This document shows positions 51,348 through 63,289 of a stretch of DNA of 64,000 bases, in pieces (the stretch's first letter is position 1; every line of letters begins with the position of its first letter). The notes beneath the pieces are model-generated. The model saw only the letters and a program-made list of their open reading frames with translations. It ran no database searches and was not told the DNA's origin. A program made the position numbers and the translations under genes. The DNA lies in contig OX597815.1 of assembly GCA_951406725.2 (NCBI GenBank), positions 55,676,001-55,740,000 of the forward strand, written 5' to 3'. This DNA is from Octopus vulgaris. Lineage: Eukaryota.

Positions 51348-51390
51348 TCTGCATTGATAAAGGACAAATACCCTGAAACTAGTCTGCAGA
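51348..51390 (+). ncRNA. Minimal type I hammerhead, U3:A8 variant, intact
   Basis: TCTGCA-TTGATAA-AGG acaaatac CCT-GAAA-C TA G-TC/TGCAGA; predicted cut after 51384; within a hairpin-rich ~290-bp block 51315-51600. Confidence 0.8.
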
Positions 51391-51611
51391 TGCCTGACCA
51401 GCAAGGGGAAGCGGCTGACCTCCCCTGTTCGAAGGTTATAGTGGACACAGGTTTGTGTGTCACAGTGTTAGCTAGAGGCGATGGCCTCTTGGAGCTAATC
51501 AACGGCAGCATTCGTCCTATATTTATGGACTGCCATAATAGCTTGGCGATAACTATTAATATCCAGTACCGCTGCCGTAGTCTCCTTTGGAGAGACTTAG
51601 AAATAATAATA

Positions 51612-51676
<65 letters not shown>

Positions 51677-52170
51677 ACACACACTCAAAGACATCTATAT
51701 ATGTACAGATTCATACTTGTGCATACATACACACACCACACACACATTATGATTTTTTTTTTAAATAGTTAATTAATATAATTAAAGTTTCATCTCTGTG
51801 GTTAAATAAATTTGGAAAGTTTTGGTCATTTTAGCCACTACTCTTGATTTTTGTCCGAGTATTTGTCCTTCAGACTGCAAAAAGGAATTTAAAAAGAAAA
51901 AAAAAACAATACACAATGCTGTCACAATTATATTTCCAAATTCATCTATTTCTAGTTGGCTGTTTTGTTTTGAATATATTTCAAAGCTCCCACCTAGAAT
52001 TTTCTAAAGGAGAAAGAGAACCAAGTACAGAAGAGGGAAAGCAGCTGTTCTTATAGAATTTTGGAATCTGGAGTGTTTTGCAGATGTGGTATAAAGGATC
52101 TAGCAATGGGTTGAGATCATCTTTAACATATATACAATCTAATCCATATAGACTTCACATTGGTGGATTA

Positions 52171-52199
<29 letters not shown>

Positions 52200-52201
<2 letters not shown>

Positions 52202-53376
52202 GTCAGTGGAATTTTCCGTAGCTCCTCTTGTCGGATGTGCTGTCTGGGGATTCTTGCGCATTGGCAAAGGGAATTATTGGTTTCGCCAATATAATTCTCC
52301 TTGCATTTAGGGTAAGTAATGCAGTGTATGAGGTTTTGTGTCTTTGCTTTTACTTTGAATAAGAATCCATTCTTAAATTTTATGTGGGTGTCACTGTCTA
52401 TATATTTGTAGTTATTGTTGTTGTTGCATATTCAACATCTGCTGTCTCCACATTCCTTTACAAAGAATTCTGTTTCATTCTCTGATACTCTCTTTTACTT
52501 GTTTCAGTCATTTGACTGCGGCCATGCTGGAGCACCGCCTTTAGTCGAGCAAATCGACCCCGGGACTTATTCTTTGTAAGCCCAGTACTTATTCTTTCGG
52601 TACTTATTCTTTGCCGAACCGCTAAGTGACGGGGACGTAAACACACCAGCATCGGTTGTCAAGCACAGCTAGGGGGACAAACACACACACACACACATAT
52701 ATATATATACACATATATACGACAGGCTTCTTTCAGTTTCCGTCTACCAAATCCACTCACAAGGCATTGGTCGGCCCGGGGCTATAGCAGAAGACACTTG
52801 CCCAAGATGCCACGCAGTGGGACTGAACCCGGAACCATGTGGCTGGTTAGCAAGCTACTTACCACACAGCCACTCCTGCGCCTATGTCAATTTTGCTCTT
52901 GTAAGTTGATTTTTAAGGGTTTTTTTCTTGGTGTTCACTATTTCGCAGGTAGTTTTTGTCTATCAGTTTTTCTCATTTTGAGTCTCCGTAAAAGTAATGG
53001 TACGTTTGAATGTATAACGTGGAAAATATTGGTTATTTCAGGGTTGTATATGTTAATAAATAGAATAGTATGTTTCTTGCTTTTTACTTTTGGAGTCCTA
53101 AGTTGTGTGATGTCTAATTTCATTGCTTTCGAAACTCCATTATTTAAAAGTTTTACAGAGTGTTTGTGGGTCAGTTACTATGGTGGAGATGTGTTTTGCC
53201 ATACTGTATGGAATGTTCCTTTTGATGTTCGAGGGGTGGTAAGAGTAGACATTTAAATATTGGTGTGTGTTTTTTTGTAAAATATGGCTGTTGCGACAGT
53301 GGAGTTATATAGTTTGATGTGAATGTCTAGGAATAGTAGTTCATTGTAGCTGGTTTTTGTTGTGAATTTGATAGAG
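52200..53376 (-). mobile_element. Penelope-like element (RT C-terminus + GIY-YIG), 5' truncated, split by a SINE
   Basis: SIKFTT..NELLFLDI..FYKKTHT..NIPYSMAK (53376-53180); NLIHCITYPKCKENYIGETN..RQHIR (52350-52225). Confidence 0.85.
52483..52882 (-). mobile_element. OK-like tRNA-derived SINE, near intact
   Basis: GGCGCAGGAGTGGCTGTGTGGTAAG head, GGTTCAGTCCC B box, internal (TA)/(TG) tract, tail ...GACTGAAACAAGTAAAAGAG. Confidence 0.92.
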
Positions 53377-53475
53377 TTACCTTGTATTCAATATTTCGGG
53401 GTTATGACCCCATCCTCAGTAAATTAACGCGTGTGAATGTTGGGCCATAACCCCAAAATATTGAATGCCAGGTAA
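53377..53475. repeat. 34-bp inverted repeat at the Penelope 5' junction, with a hammerhead-like core on the - strand
   Basis: Arms 53377-53410 / 53442-53475; - strand CTGAGGA-T-GGGG tcataa CCCC-GAAATATT. Confidence 0.7.
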
Positions 53476-53629
53476 TTCTACATTAATTCATATATTTGTT
53501 TACTTGTGATTTACCTTGCATTTACTTCACATTGTTCAGGCCTTACCCTCGATATATATATAGAAGCAAAATAACAAGTTGTAAAATCTCAAGAAGAGAC
53601 CAGAGTAGTAACTATACTAAAAAGTAAAG

Positions 53630-53872
53630 TCAGTCGCCACATTAAAGTGGTTGTTCCACGTTACTACTAGTTTAACACCAAGCAGATTCTCCGCCAGTTG
53701 GTTATCGGTGCGACTCTGTACCCTTTATATACAATATATTGTTAGCAGGAGGAGCGAACCCCAACCACCCTCTAGCAGGCGTCAGGATAGCGAAATTGAC
53801 TCAGTTTCGAGCTATTTAGTTTATCCTCAGTCGCAAGCACCTATACACCAGAGAGTTAGCCAGAGTACGCAA
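53630..53872 (-). repeat. Short element with degenerate hammerhead
   Basis: GCGA-CTGAGGA...GCTC-GAAA-C TGA G-TC-aatt-TCGC at 53790-53834; related to 49608-49715 and 34280-34555. Confidence 0.5.
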
Positions 53873-54067
53873 TATATATATATATATATATATATCAAGA
53901 AAGAGAATAGCGTTATTGGAATCACATTTATTTCTAGGTTAGCAGTACCACCATACTTTTGCTTGTTGTTTCCTACACAAAAACTAAAAAAAATTCCTGG
54001 ATTTTCATTTTGTATGAAACACTTGCTTCTACGGAAGCATTATCCCTTTCTCTACATTCTGTAATAT

Positions 54068-54203
54068 CCGAAGGCGTACCCAAAAGAAACCGGAAATTTG
54101 CAATATTATTTTATTCACTTAGCTTTTCAAGTTTACAATTTAATCACCTTCAAATATTCTCCATTTGAAACAATGCATTGGTCCAGACACGCTTTTCACT
54201 GCA
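54068..54203 (-). mobile_element. Mariner 3' end fragment
   Basis: LDQCIVSNGEY C-terminus and TIR-like CGAAGGCGTACCCAAAAGAAACCGGA. Confidence 0.6.
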
Positions 54204-54379
54204 GACGCAAACCATACCCGGCGACAAAGAGGATGCCGGTAAAAATTTGCGAGCAAATTTATCGAGCAATATTTAAACATAGTAAATAGGGTAATAAAAA
54301 TAAATTATTATTACAAGTGACCTAGCACAAAAGACGAATTAGTCATTAGACTATACGTTATTCATATATAAATACATTA

Positions 54380-54531
54380 AAAGGCTTCCAAATAAAGAAG
54401 CGAATGCTAGATACACAAAAAGGGGATAAATTCATGAAATGGAATGAAAATCAAAAACGTTTACCAACTCAGCTAATGAATTTATCCCCTTTTTGTGTAT
54501 CTAGCACTCGCTTCTTTATTTGGAAGCCTTT
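54380..54531. repeat. ~56-bp near-perfect inverted repeat, 40-nt spacer
   Basis: 54380-54435 versus 54476-54531, one mismatch seen. Confidence 0.9.
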
Positions 54532-55651
54532 CCACAGAAACAGTGATGTTGACAGGCTCTACCTAAGAAGAAATGAAGGTGGTAGAGGCCTGAGATCAGT
54601 GCAGATAGCCTTCGAATGCCCTATCGTATCACCCGGGCAGCACCTGCTGAACAACAGCAGCAAAAATAAATATATAAATGCAGTACTGAAAAGTGAAGTG
54701 AGGAATATTGTACGAGTTGGCAGTGAGCTCCTCAAGAAACACTCTCTTCCTGATGAGCTATGCAGTCCCAAAACAGCTGGGCTCTCTTACCTCAGAGAAG
54801 ACTTGGATGGAAAGCACAAGGCATACAAAACAGACTCTACATGGGTATGCTGCCCGGAAGCTTGAAGAACACAGTAGAATTGACACGAAGCACAGCCTCT
54901 CTTAGACACAAGACCATAACATCGCATCACATTTTGAAGGCTATGTATTTGCTTCATGAAACAGGAGATTGCCACAAAGTACCTGTGAACAAGAGACAGT
55001 GAGGCTCTTGTAATCCCAAGGTGCAACCGCAGGTGATTAGCAGCTGTCCTAAAATATCGTCACGGTATTATCTCTCTATGTGGCATGATATTGTCGCCAA
55101 AACAATTTACAATGTCATCCGCAAAAATGACTGTCCTGAAATAAACTTAGAAAATCCTTCTGTTATGGAATACATTCATAAACACCAACTCAAGGAACAC
55201 TGGTGGAATATTCCCATCAAAACTCCTGTCAAATGTAAACATAACAGGCCGGATAATGTTGTTTGGGACAGAGGGGCAAAGGTATGTACCGTCATAGAGG
55301 TCAGCTGCCTTGCAGATATGAATATCTCTTTGAAAATCAAAGAAAAAGAGGATATCTATGGACAACTGCTTTGAAAACCCCAGTTTCTATATCTAGACTA
55401 TGAATTCATATTCATACCAATAGTAATTGGAGCATTAGGTTTTGTTAGTAAATGCTTAAAGGAGAATCTGGATAAACTGAGATTTTCAGAAGGAGAAACT
55501 GACCGGCTGATTCGTACATTACAAGTGCAATCTGTGGGTGGAACAGTAAAAATATGCAAGACTTTTACTCAAATTCCAAATATGAATTTGTCTATGTTAA
55601 CTACATCCCGGCTCCTTCCTCAGTGGAAGATTTATAATAATTAAAAAATAG

Positions 55652-55652
<1 letters not shown>
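54532..55652 (+). mobile_element. R4/Dong-like LINE 3' half, followed by (CA)n
   Basis: HRNSDVDRLYLRRNEGGRGL; ISSCPK; HDIVAK; KHNRPDNVVWD..VIEVSC; IPIVIGALG. Confidence 0.9.
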
Positions 55653-55730
<78 letters not shown>

Positions 55731-56693
55731 GCACACACACATAGATACGTAGACATATATAGATATTTTCATGTGTGTACAGTTACTGAAAATATCTTAC
55801 CTTTCAGAGAAGAATAAACAAAAGCCTTGTGGCAATTGCAACCATCTCCAAATGAGAAAATAAGATTATTTCTAGAATCTTAACTTTCTCCACATATTAA
55901 TGAAACATACCAGCAAAATTAACTTCGGCAGTACAAGTCAGCCCGGAATCGATCAATATATTTATGTATGTAAAGTTAGGAATATGCTAAGAGAGTTAAG
56001 AAATTGGAATAACGAATAAAGGGTGAAAGCGATGTTATTTATTTTTGTCTTTGTCGTGCTGTATAAGAATAATGCATAGTAAGTAGTTTTACATATAATG
56101 TACAAAATGGTGGCGTCAGGTGCAGCAAATGTCAGGACATGAAATTTGTATTCCTTTACAAAAGTTACTTTTGTTACTACTAAGCATTTTAAAATATGCT
56201 TAATAGTAATGATGATACGTGTATGTGCAATATAGAAATATAAAACTGCCTTTAATACTCAAACGAAAATTAGGTATTTTCGAGCAAGTTAGTATAGAAC
56301 AATAACTTTTGATTCTGCTTAATTCGAGGACCAAAGATTAAGATATGCAATCATTCAACGAGGATAGCAATTTACAGCCGCAATTTACTCACACGCAGCA
56401 TCTTTCAGAGCTTGTCACTAATTCCGTTCTTAACCAAATGGAAAGCCATTAAGATTTTTGAAGAGGACTGCTCCCTAGCTACATTTTTGCATAACAAAAT
56501 GAGATTTTGTCCAGTAGAAAAAAGTTTACATCAAAATTTGTAGCGATATTATAGGAGAGTAAGTAACGCCACCAATCAGGTTTAGATCTAAATAACTTTT
56601 TTACCTTCAAAGCAAAATATATTTATCTATGCTTCAATGATAGAAGAAAGAGTAAATAATTTCATAGTTTTGGTCCCATGCAACAAAAAGCTA

Positions 56694-56880
56694 ATATTTT
56701 CTAAATCTAAATATTTTATTTGAAATTTTATCTTTAGTTGCGATATTTTAAGTAAAACTTTCTTGTTCAGTACTTTACCAGATGTAATAAGTTGTCCAGA
56801 ACTTTTCCAAGTGTAATAACTTGTCCTATCCTGTCCTTTTCCAGATTTATAATATTATTTCTCTAGTTCGTATTTTCCCG
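56694..56880. repeat. Dispersed ~190-bp repeat (copy 2)
   Basis: Direct copy of 31045-31235. Confidence 0.8.
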
Positions 56881-59099
56881 TGTAATAGTGAAATGAGCTG
56901 CCAGAAAGAATGGAGTAATGGAGAAATACCCACTTTACTATAAATGTAGCTGTTTTTGCTTTTTGCAAGTCGGTCTTTTATGTCTAACAGGAGCCACGTA
57001 GTGTAAGTAAGAACATCACTCGCCATTTATGATGGTATGAGTTATATGAAAGCAAAACAAAATCCATCAATCTGTTATGCTTGCAAACTAATTGTTTGCT
57101 TATACACGCAATAGCGCATAAAGTGGTATTGTTGTTTAGCAACCAGTTCATCATTGGAGAGACCTATGATTAATGGTCTTCCATCTGTGACAATCAATTC
57201 TGTTATTCTGACAGACATCTACAATATCTAATGTACTGTTCAGATGTGATTTTTAGGGAGATTTTGATGCTATTTTTAAAGTGTTCTAAGAGGTTCTGAA
57301 GTGAGGTATTCTTTTCTTGAGTTGAATGTGATAGTTAACCATTATTTACAGGATTAAGCTATGCTTGATTACTTGTCCATACTAATTGAATATAAGCTGT
57401 TAGAATATATTCAAGAGTATGCGTTATGTCATGTAAATGAGACAAAGTTATTTGCTAACATTTTGTTTATAGTTAGGTGAAAAAGAAAATTCGAAAGCGA
57501 CTTAGTTTGTAAGAGTTAGTTTTAGTGTAATATCAGCTTATTATGACAACGGTTCTTCTAGAAACAGCTTTGTTCTTGTTCAAGTTAGAGTTCGTTTCTG
57601 ATGTAATAGAAATTTCGCAGGGAAAGTTCAAGTCGCAAATGCTTAATTTATGACATTAATTGCTGCTGAAAAACTCGAGCAGTCTAAACTCGGGTTAAAT
57701 GCATCAGAAATGGAAAGGTCGTCTCTTAAATTAAGAATTATTAAGTGTACTCAACAAATGAAATCATTTTAAGCTCGGTTAGAAAAATCTTTGAAGTAAG
57801 ATATCATCCACAGTAATTCGGTTCTAGTTTAACAAAGGACACTGTTTCAGATAAAATCTCGTGGAAATTGTATTTTTGGATTAAACTAAAATTTGTGGTT
57901 AAAAGCAAAATCAGGTAATTTTCTGTATTTTAATCGTGAATTAGAATTAAACAGTCGAATTTTAGATACTTCATAAGAAACTATGGTCAAAAGCTTGTAG
58001 TAATGATTCGATAAAATAGTTAAGTCAGTATTAGCATATTTATTGCAGTTAACATCGAAAATTTAATAAGGAATATTTATGCGCAGAAGAAAAGACACTG
58101 ACTTTAATGAGTAAGATTATTTTGATAATTTTGGCAAGTATGGAAAACACTAGTAGAGAGGTTTCCAACTTCTACACCAATATATAAACTTCAATGTACT
58201 TGTTGATGTAGTGGTGAGAGACTTCTAAATAAATATAAGGTAATGTACTCGACTAAGCTCGAAAATTAGCATATTTTAAAAATAATAAACCACTGAAATC
58301 AATTACCCAGAGACGCCGTCCACGGGAAAAACTACAATTAAGTCAGTGTTAACATATTTAAAGCAGTAAGCACACACACGCACACACAAACCTTGATTCG
58401 AAGCAACTTGAGAATAAAATTGATCATTAGATCAATGAATTGTCTATCGTATTCGCCGAAATAATAATTATTTATTAATCATTGATCTAATTAGATGCTT
58501 AATTCTCATTACCTTAGATATGTCACCACTAAGTTATTATTTTCCCCGTGGGTGACACCTTTGAAGAAGTAATCTCGGTCATATAGTTTTTAGATATGCT
58601 AATATTTCGCGTTTTGCATTTTCCATTCTATATTTTTCACTTGTGTACATAATTGTACATCAATTTGGTCATTGTCCACCACTATTCCAACAAGCACTGA
58701 GCAGGTCTAATGAGATACAAATTTGTTTGGAGTTATATCCCGTATTTTCCAAACGTGAGCTAATGTTGTTTTAGCCTAAACGCGCAGATATTTCTAGTGT
58801 CTTTGGTGCAGATAACATCTCTGAGTAACTTCACAGATTTATTTTTCTATCTATTTGATTGATAAAATAGTTTCAGTTATAACAATTGTTTACTACAGCT
58901 TGCTTAAAATTAATTCCTTAAATTTATTGGTGAACTAGCATTATGACCCGACATGTATATATATGTATATATATGTGTACATATTACATGTACATCTATA
59001 TATATACATCTACACATAAAATACAAAATACAAAGTTATATCTTGATATTGCTAGTGATAACAATACTCAAAATATATAACAGATTGGAATTGTAGGCC

Positions 59100-59900
59100 T
59101 GTCTCTTGCAATTTCGATCATTTGTATCTTGTCCTCCTTCTTGTATAGAAGTGTGGCCACAATCCAACCCACCTCTACTTCTGGGGGGTTATTTTAAATT
59201 TTTATCCGGGACGTCCTACGTCCCAAATATAAAAGTAAAAATAAAATATTTCCACTTTGCAAGGTTCGAGTCGAGTACTCCCTTGCACGCTCCGTTGACC
59301 CGAACCTTGCTTCTATTGTGGCGAATTTACCGCCTCTGGTTAGATACTTGATATCTTTCATAGCACCAAGACACTTTTCAATTGTGCTTTCCTCCAGGTG
59401 TTCAAATCTTTTTTTTCTCTACATTGTATACTTTATAGACAATAGTCTTTTCTTTTCTTTAATTTTTTATTTCGTTTGGTGGTGTTATCCTAGATTCACC
59501 GTCTTTGTCGGTGATCAATCCGAAATAGGTTTGTATTTCTTCCATTTCAATTTTAATGAGTTCGCGCCCGCCGACGCCTGCAGCGAAATTCATTTTTGGA
59601 CTTTCTTCTATCGAAGACATTTTAATAAAAATACTTCCGTATAAACGGTGAAAATATTGTCAATTTCCCCAAACAGGGACACAATTCAATTTTTAAAAAT
59701 AACCAAAGCTCCTTCTCCCAAAGGGGGAGGTTTACGGTTTACAATTATTTAACAAATGCAACACAACAACGCTTCCCTTACGAGGAACCAACAAACGTGA
59801 TAGCAATAGTTAAACAGTAATAATAATAGCAACAAACCATACGGTAAATCAAAAAGCAGTACTCAGTTGAAGCTATAGTCATTTATGTATAAGAAATAAA
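59100..59900 (-). mobile_element. Tx1-like ORF1 5' fragment
   Basis: MNFAAGVGG; KYLTRGGKFATIEARF; YLGRRTSRIK; PPEVEVGWIVA; not listed in the ORF track. Confidence 0.8.
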
Positions 59901-60249
59901 CCAACAGCAGTACTCAGTAGAAGCGGCTGTTCGAGAAAACAGACATTACATACAGCCAAACTTCTTATAGATACTTAATGCTAGCTAATTAGCAGATAAT
60001 CTAATGTAAAAGCCGTGGTAAAGGGTATGTGCACAGCTCCATCTGAACTATTCCATTTCAGCACTTAAATTTTATTTTTTATTTATTCCCATTCATGTGA
60101 AACCACTTATTCAAGTTCAAGTCATTGATGCAATTTTATACCAATTGCTAATTTTTACTTTTAATTGTTATGTTACGATTTAATTATTATATTATACTTT
60201 AGTTTGATTTTAATTATTACTTACTACATATAATTCAATTGTTATTATC

Positions 60250-60526
60250 TCTAATTTTTATTGTTAAAGTGAAAGTATCTGACATAAAATAGAGAAATGT
60301 TTTTGTTTCACTTTTAACACGTGAAATTGTGGAGAAGATATGATATTGCTATGGGCTCGCCCTAGGCAAGAAGTTGAACATTTTTTTTGTCGATGACACT
60401 CCCCGGACCCTAAGTAAGGCATGTGTAAAATTTGAATGAAATTGGTTGTGTAGTTCTCAAGTTTTAGGGAAACACACAGACAGACAGACAGACACACACA
60501 CATTCTCAGTTTTATATATATAGAGA
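60250..60526 (-). mobile_element. Non-autonomous Helitron 5' end
   Basis: A|TCTCTATATATATAAAACTGAGAATG followed by (TG)/(TCTG)n; 3' end not located. Confidence 0.6.
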
Positions 60527-61404
60527 TGAATAAACTGTGTGAAGCTCTTGCTTTCCCAAAAGCATTAGTTTGTTGGGTGAAGTAAATTTACTTCAGTTAA
60601 GAGCTCGACTCACAACGAACTTTCCTCTACTTTACCGAAGTTAATTTTTTGTCCGGTTAAAGTAAATTGTGAGTATCTTGAACAATTTCTGATAAAATAA
60701 TAATCGGAGAATTTTAGAAAATTGAAAATTTTAGTTATCAAAAAAGAAATAAATGAATTTTATTCTTAATTGACGGCTTAATTTATTTGCTTATCTTTGT
60801 AAAATATAAATGAATTTATAAATATAAAATATAAATGAATTTTCTTTTTCAAATTTATGTTCACTCTTATCTATATGATTAGATATGTAGGTAGAAACAT
60901 TCTTAATAATCAGAACATTGAACCAATAAAATATATTCTAAACGTATAAAAAGATAAATAATGTTAATCAATGCCAAATGGTATTTTTCTCTGTGGCAAT
61001 TATGAGAGACAACTACACAGAGGTTTCATCCTTTTGATGAGATTTATATTATTAGAAAATTACTTAGTGTACTAAGTAGTACATCATGTTTTTAAAACAA
61101 GTCTGAATTTCTTCCCTTTCTATTTCACCCTATGACTATTTCTCACGACGTTCGTCATGAAACAATTTATCTAATAAATTTGCACGTTGACTTCCGCGAA
61201 GTACTTAAACTCCTCGTGTTAAGTATCATAGGTTAATTGTTTGGTCAATTTATCTTTCATTAAATATATTTTACTAGATACATTTCATTCTGTATCTCGT
61301 TTCTAATAAGGACTTAAAGACTCCTGCTATCTCTAGGCATATGTAAACATTATACTTAATACTAAAACTGTTTTGTTAAATATCATTATGTAATGCGTAA
61401 AACC

Positions 61405-61600
61405 AGTGAACTGACAGAATTATTAGCATGCCGGACAAAAGCTTTTTGATATTTCAAAGTTCTAAGTTCAAATTCCGCGGAGGTTGACTTTGCTTTTTAT
61501 TCTTCCGAGGTTGGTAAAATAAGTACCAATTGAGCATTCGGGTCAAAGTAATCGACTATCCCCCTCCCACTCAATTTTCACTCTTTATGCTTATTGTACA
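61405..61600 (+). mobile_element. Meta-core SINE, degenerate
   Basis: AGTTCAAATTCCGC, TTCCGAGGTTGGTAAAATAAGTACC. Confidence 0.75.
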
Positions 61601-63289
61601 TAGAATTTTTATACACTAGCAAACGCACCCGTTCTTTGGACGGTTTAAGTTGCTTTGGTGGTATTTTTCACACCAAATAATTGAACTACTTTTCTAAGTA
61701 GCACGGCAATCTATGTTTCCGATTAACCTAGGAACGGCAAATGAAATTAAAGGCTGGTTATTGTGGAGGTCATTGCACTTTAATGATCATAAAAGATATA
61801 AGTTCGCAAGCGATGCAAAGTAGAGCTACTGAAATGTTTTGGGAGAAGATTACGGATAATGACTACAAAATATAGTTGTTTTACATAAAAGCGAGATTTT
61901 TTGTCAGAAGCAACCACATAAATGATGTAAGGAAATTGAAGGAAGATGTTGAAACTTCCTCATCTTTGAGTTTATTTTATTCAACAGCAAAGGGAGCTAT
62001 TTTTTCGGAGAGATAATCCAACAAAAGTCCATTTATTCTGTCTTCCCACATAGCCTACACCTAAACTAACAGCGAATGCAGCATAAAGCTAAATTGGTAT
62101 GGAGATTTCTGAAAGATACGTATAGCTTTCGCTAGTGGAAGCAAAACTCTTATTCAAAGGTTGATTCTTTGGGGCGAATCATATGTGATTGTTTAAAAAG
62201 GGCTAGAACGACAATGCTAAACCGTATTTTAAACAATGGAAAACAGTCGAAATATCATAATGGATGGGTAAATAAGCATCCTTAAACTGAAACAACGGCG
62301 TGAAAGGTAAACAAAGATGTCAATAAATATAAGTGAGAGAAGGGAACATCATCTTTCAAGTAACTCAGAATAGGTAAAGGCAGGCATGCCAAAGTTTAAT
62401 GCAGCTTAAATATGTAGATTAAGATAGTTTGGTATTGGATATTCATCGCATACAGCATAGCTTCCCAAATGTGGGCTATCGCCCAGCGGTGTGCGATTTC
62501 AACTTACAGGTGGGCGATGGGTAAATTTCTCGAAAATGACGGGCGATTTGAGATTTTGGTGTACGATATGAACCTTTTGTGGGTGACAATGAATTTTTAG
62601 AAATCAAGTATGCATTTACTGGTATCTAGGTATGCCTAGAATAAGAATGCACTTTTATCGATTTGACTACTCGCATGAGACGTCCCTTTATATTAAAAAA
62701 ATGGACTTCTTTATCGATCGAATATTTTTGTCGCAGTCATTGGTTGTCATGCGTGCTAAAAATAGCAGCCAAATAGGCCTAGGCCTTAAATCACACTCCA
62801 CTACAAATTTTATTTTTTGCATAATCATATGAAGTCCCGCATATAGAATTCAAATTCCGAAATATAAAAAAAGGTTATGAGGGGTTATATGTCGTACGTA
62901 ATTCTGTGGTTTCATATCAAAACACAAGTGCTATTTTCAGGATGTTGCAGTCACGAACAGAATGACAGCTTTGACATCGTGTTTCTTGACTGGATGAAAA
63001 TGATCAAACTTCAAATTGCTATAACTTTTTAAAAACATCTTTTCTGGAAAAAGTTGAATAGCTCCAGTAATTTAGGTCAGTAAGATACATTAATGTACCA
63101 AATTCTAAAATTTTCAATAAACTTTAATTTTTGAAATGCTGGCAGCCAAACGAACTAGATCCGTATTTGCTCCTGTAAAGACGTGTTACCTGACTCTGCT
63201 CTGTTGACTTCTCTTTGGGAATACCATACTGCCTTTCTGACGCCGTCTGTAGAAATTCGTTTTCACATTTTCACTTTACTGATGCTTCC

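Noticed and set aside
61614-62300. Possible Helitron 3' end (- strand hairpin + CTAG) with helicase remnant
   Set aside because: Hairpin is only 4 bp and coding motifs are not convincing
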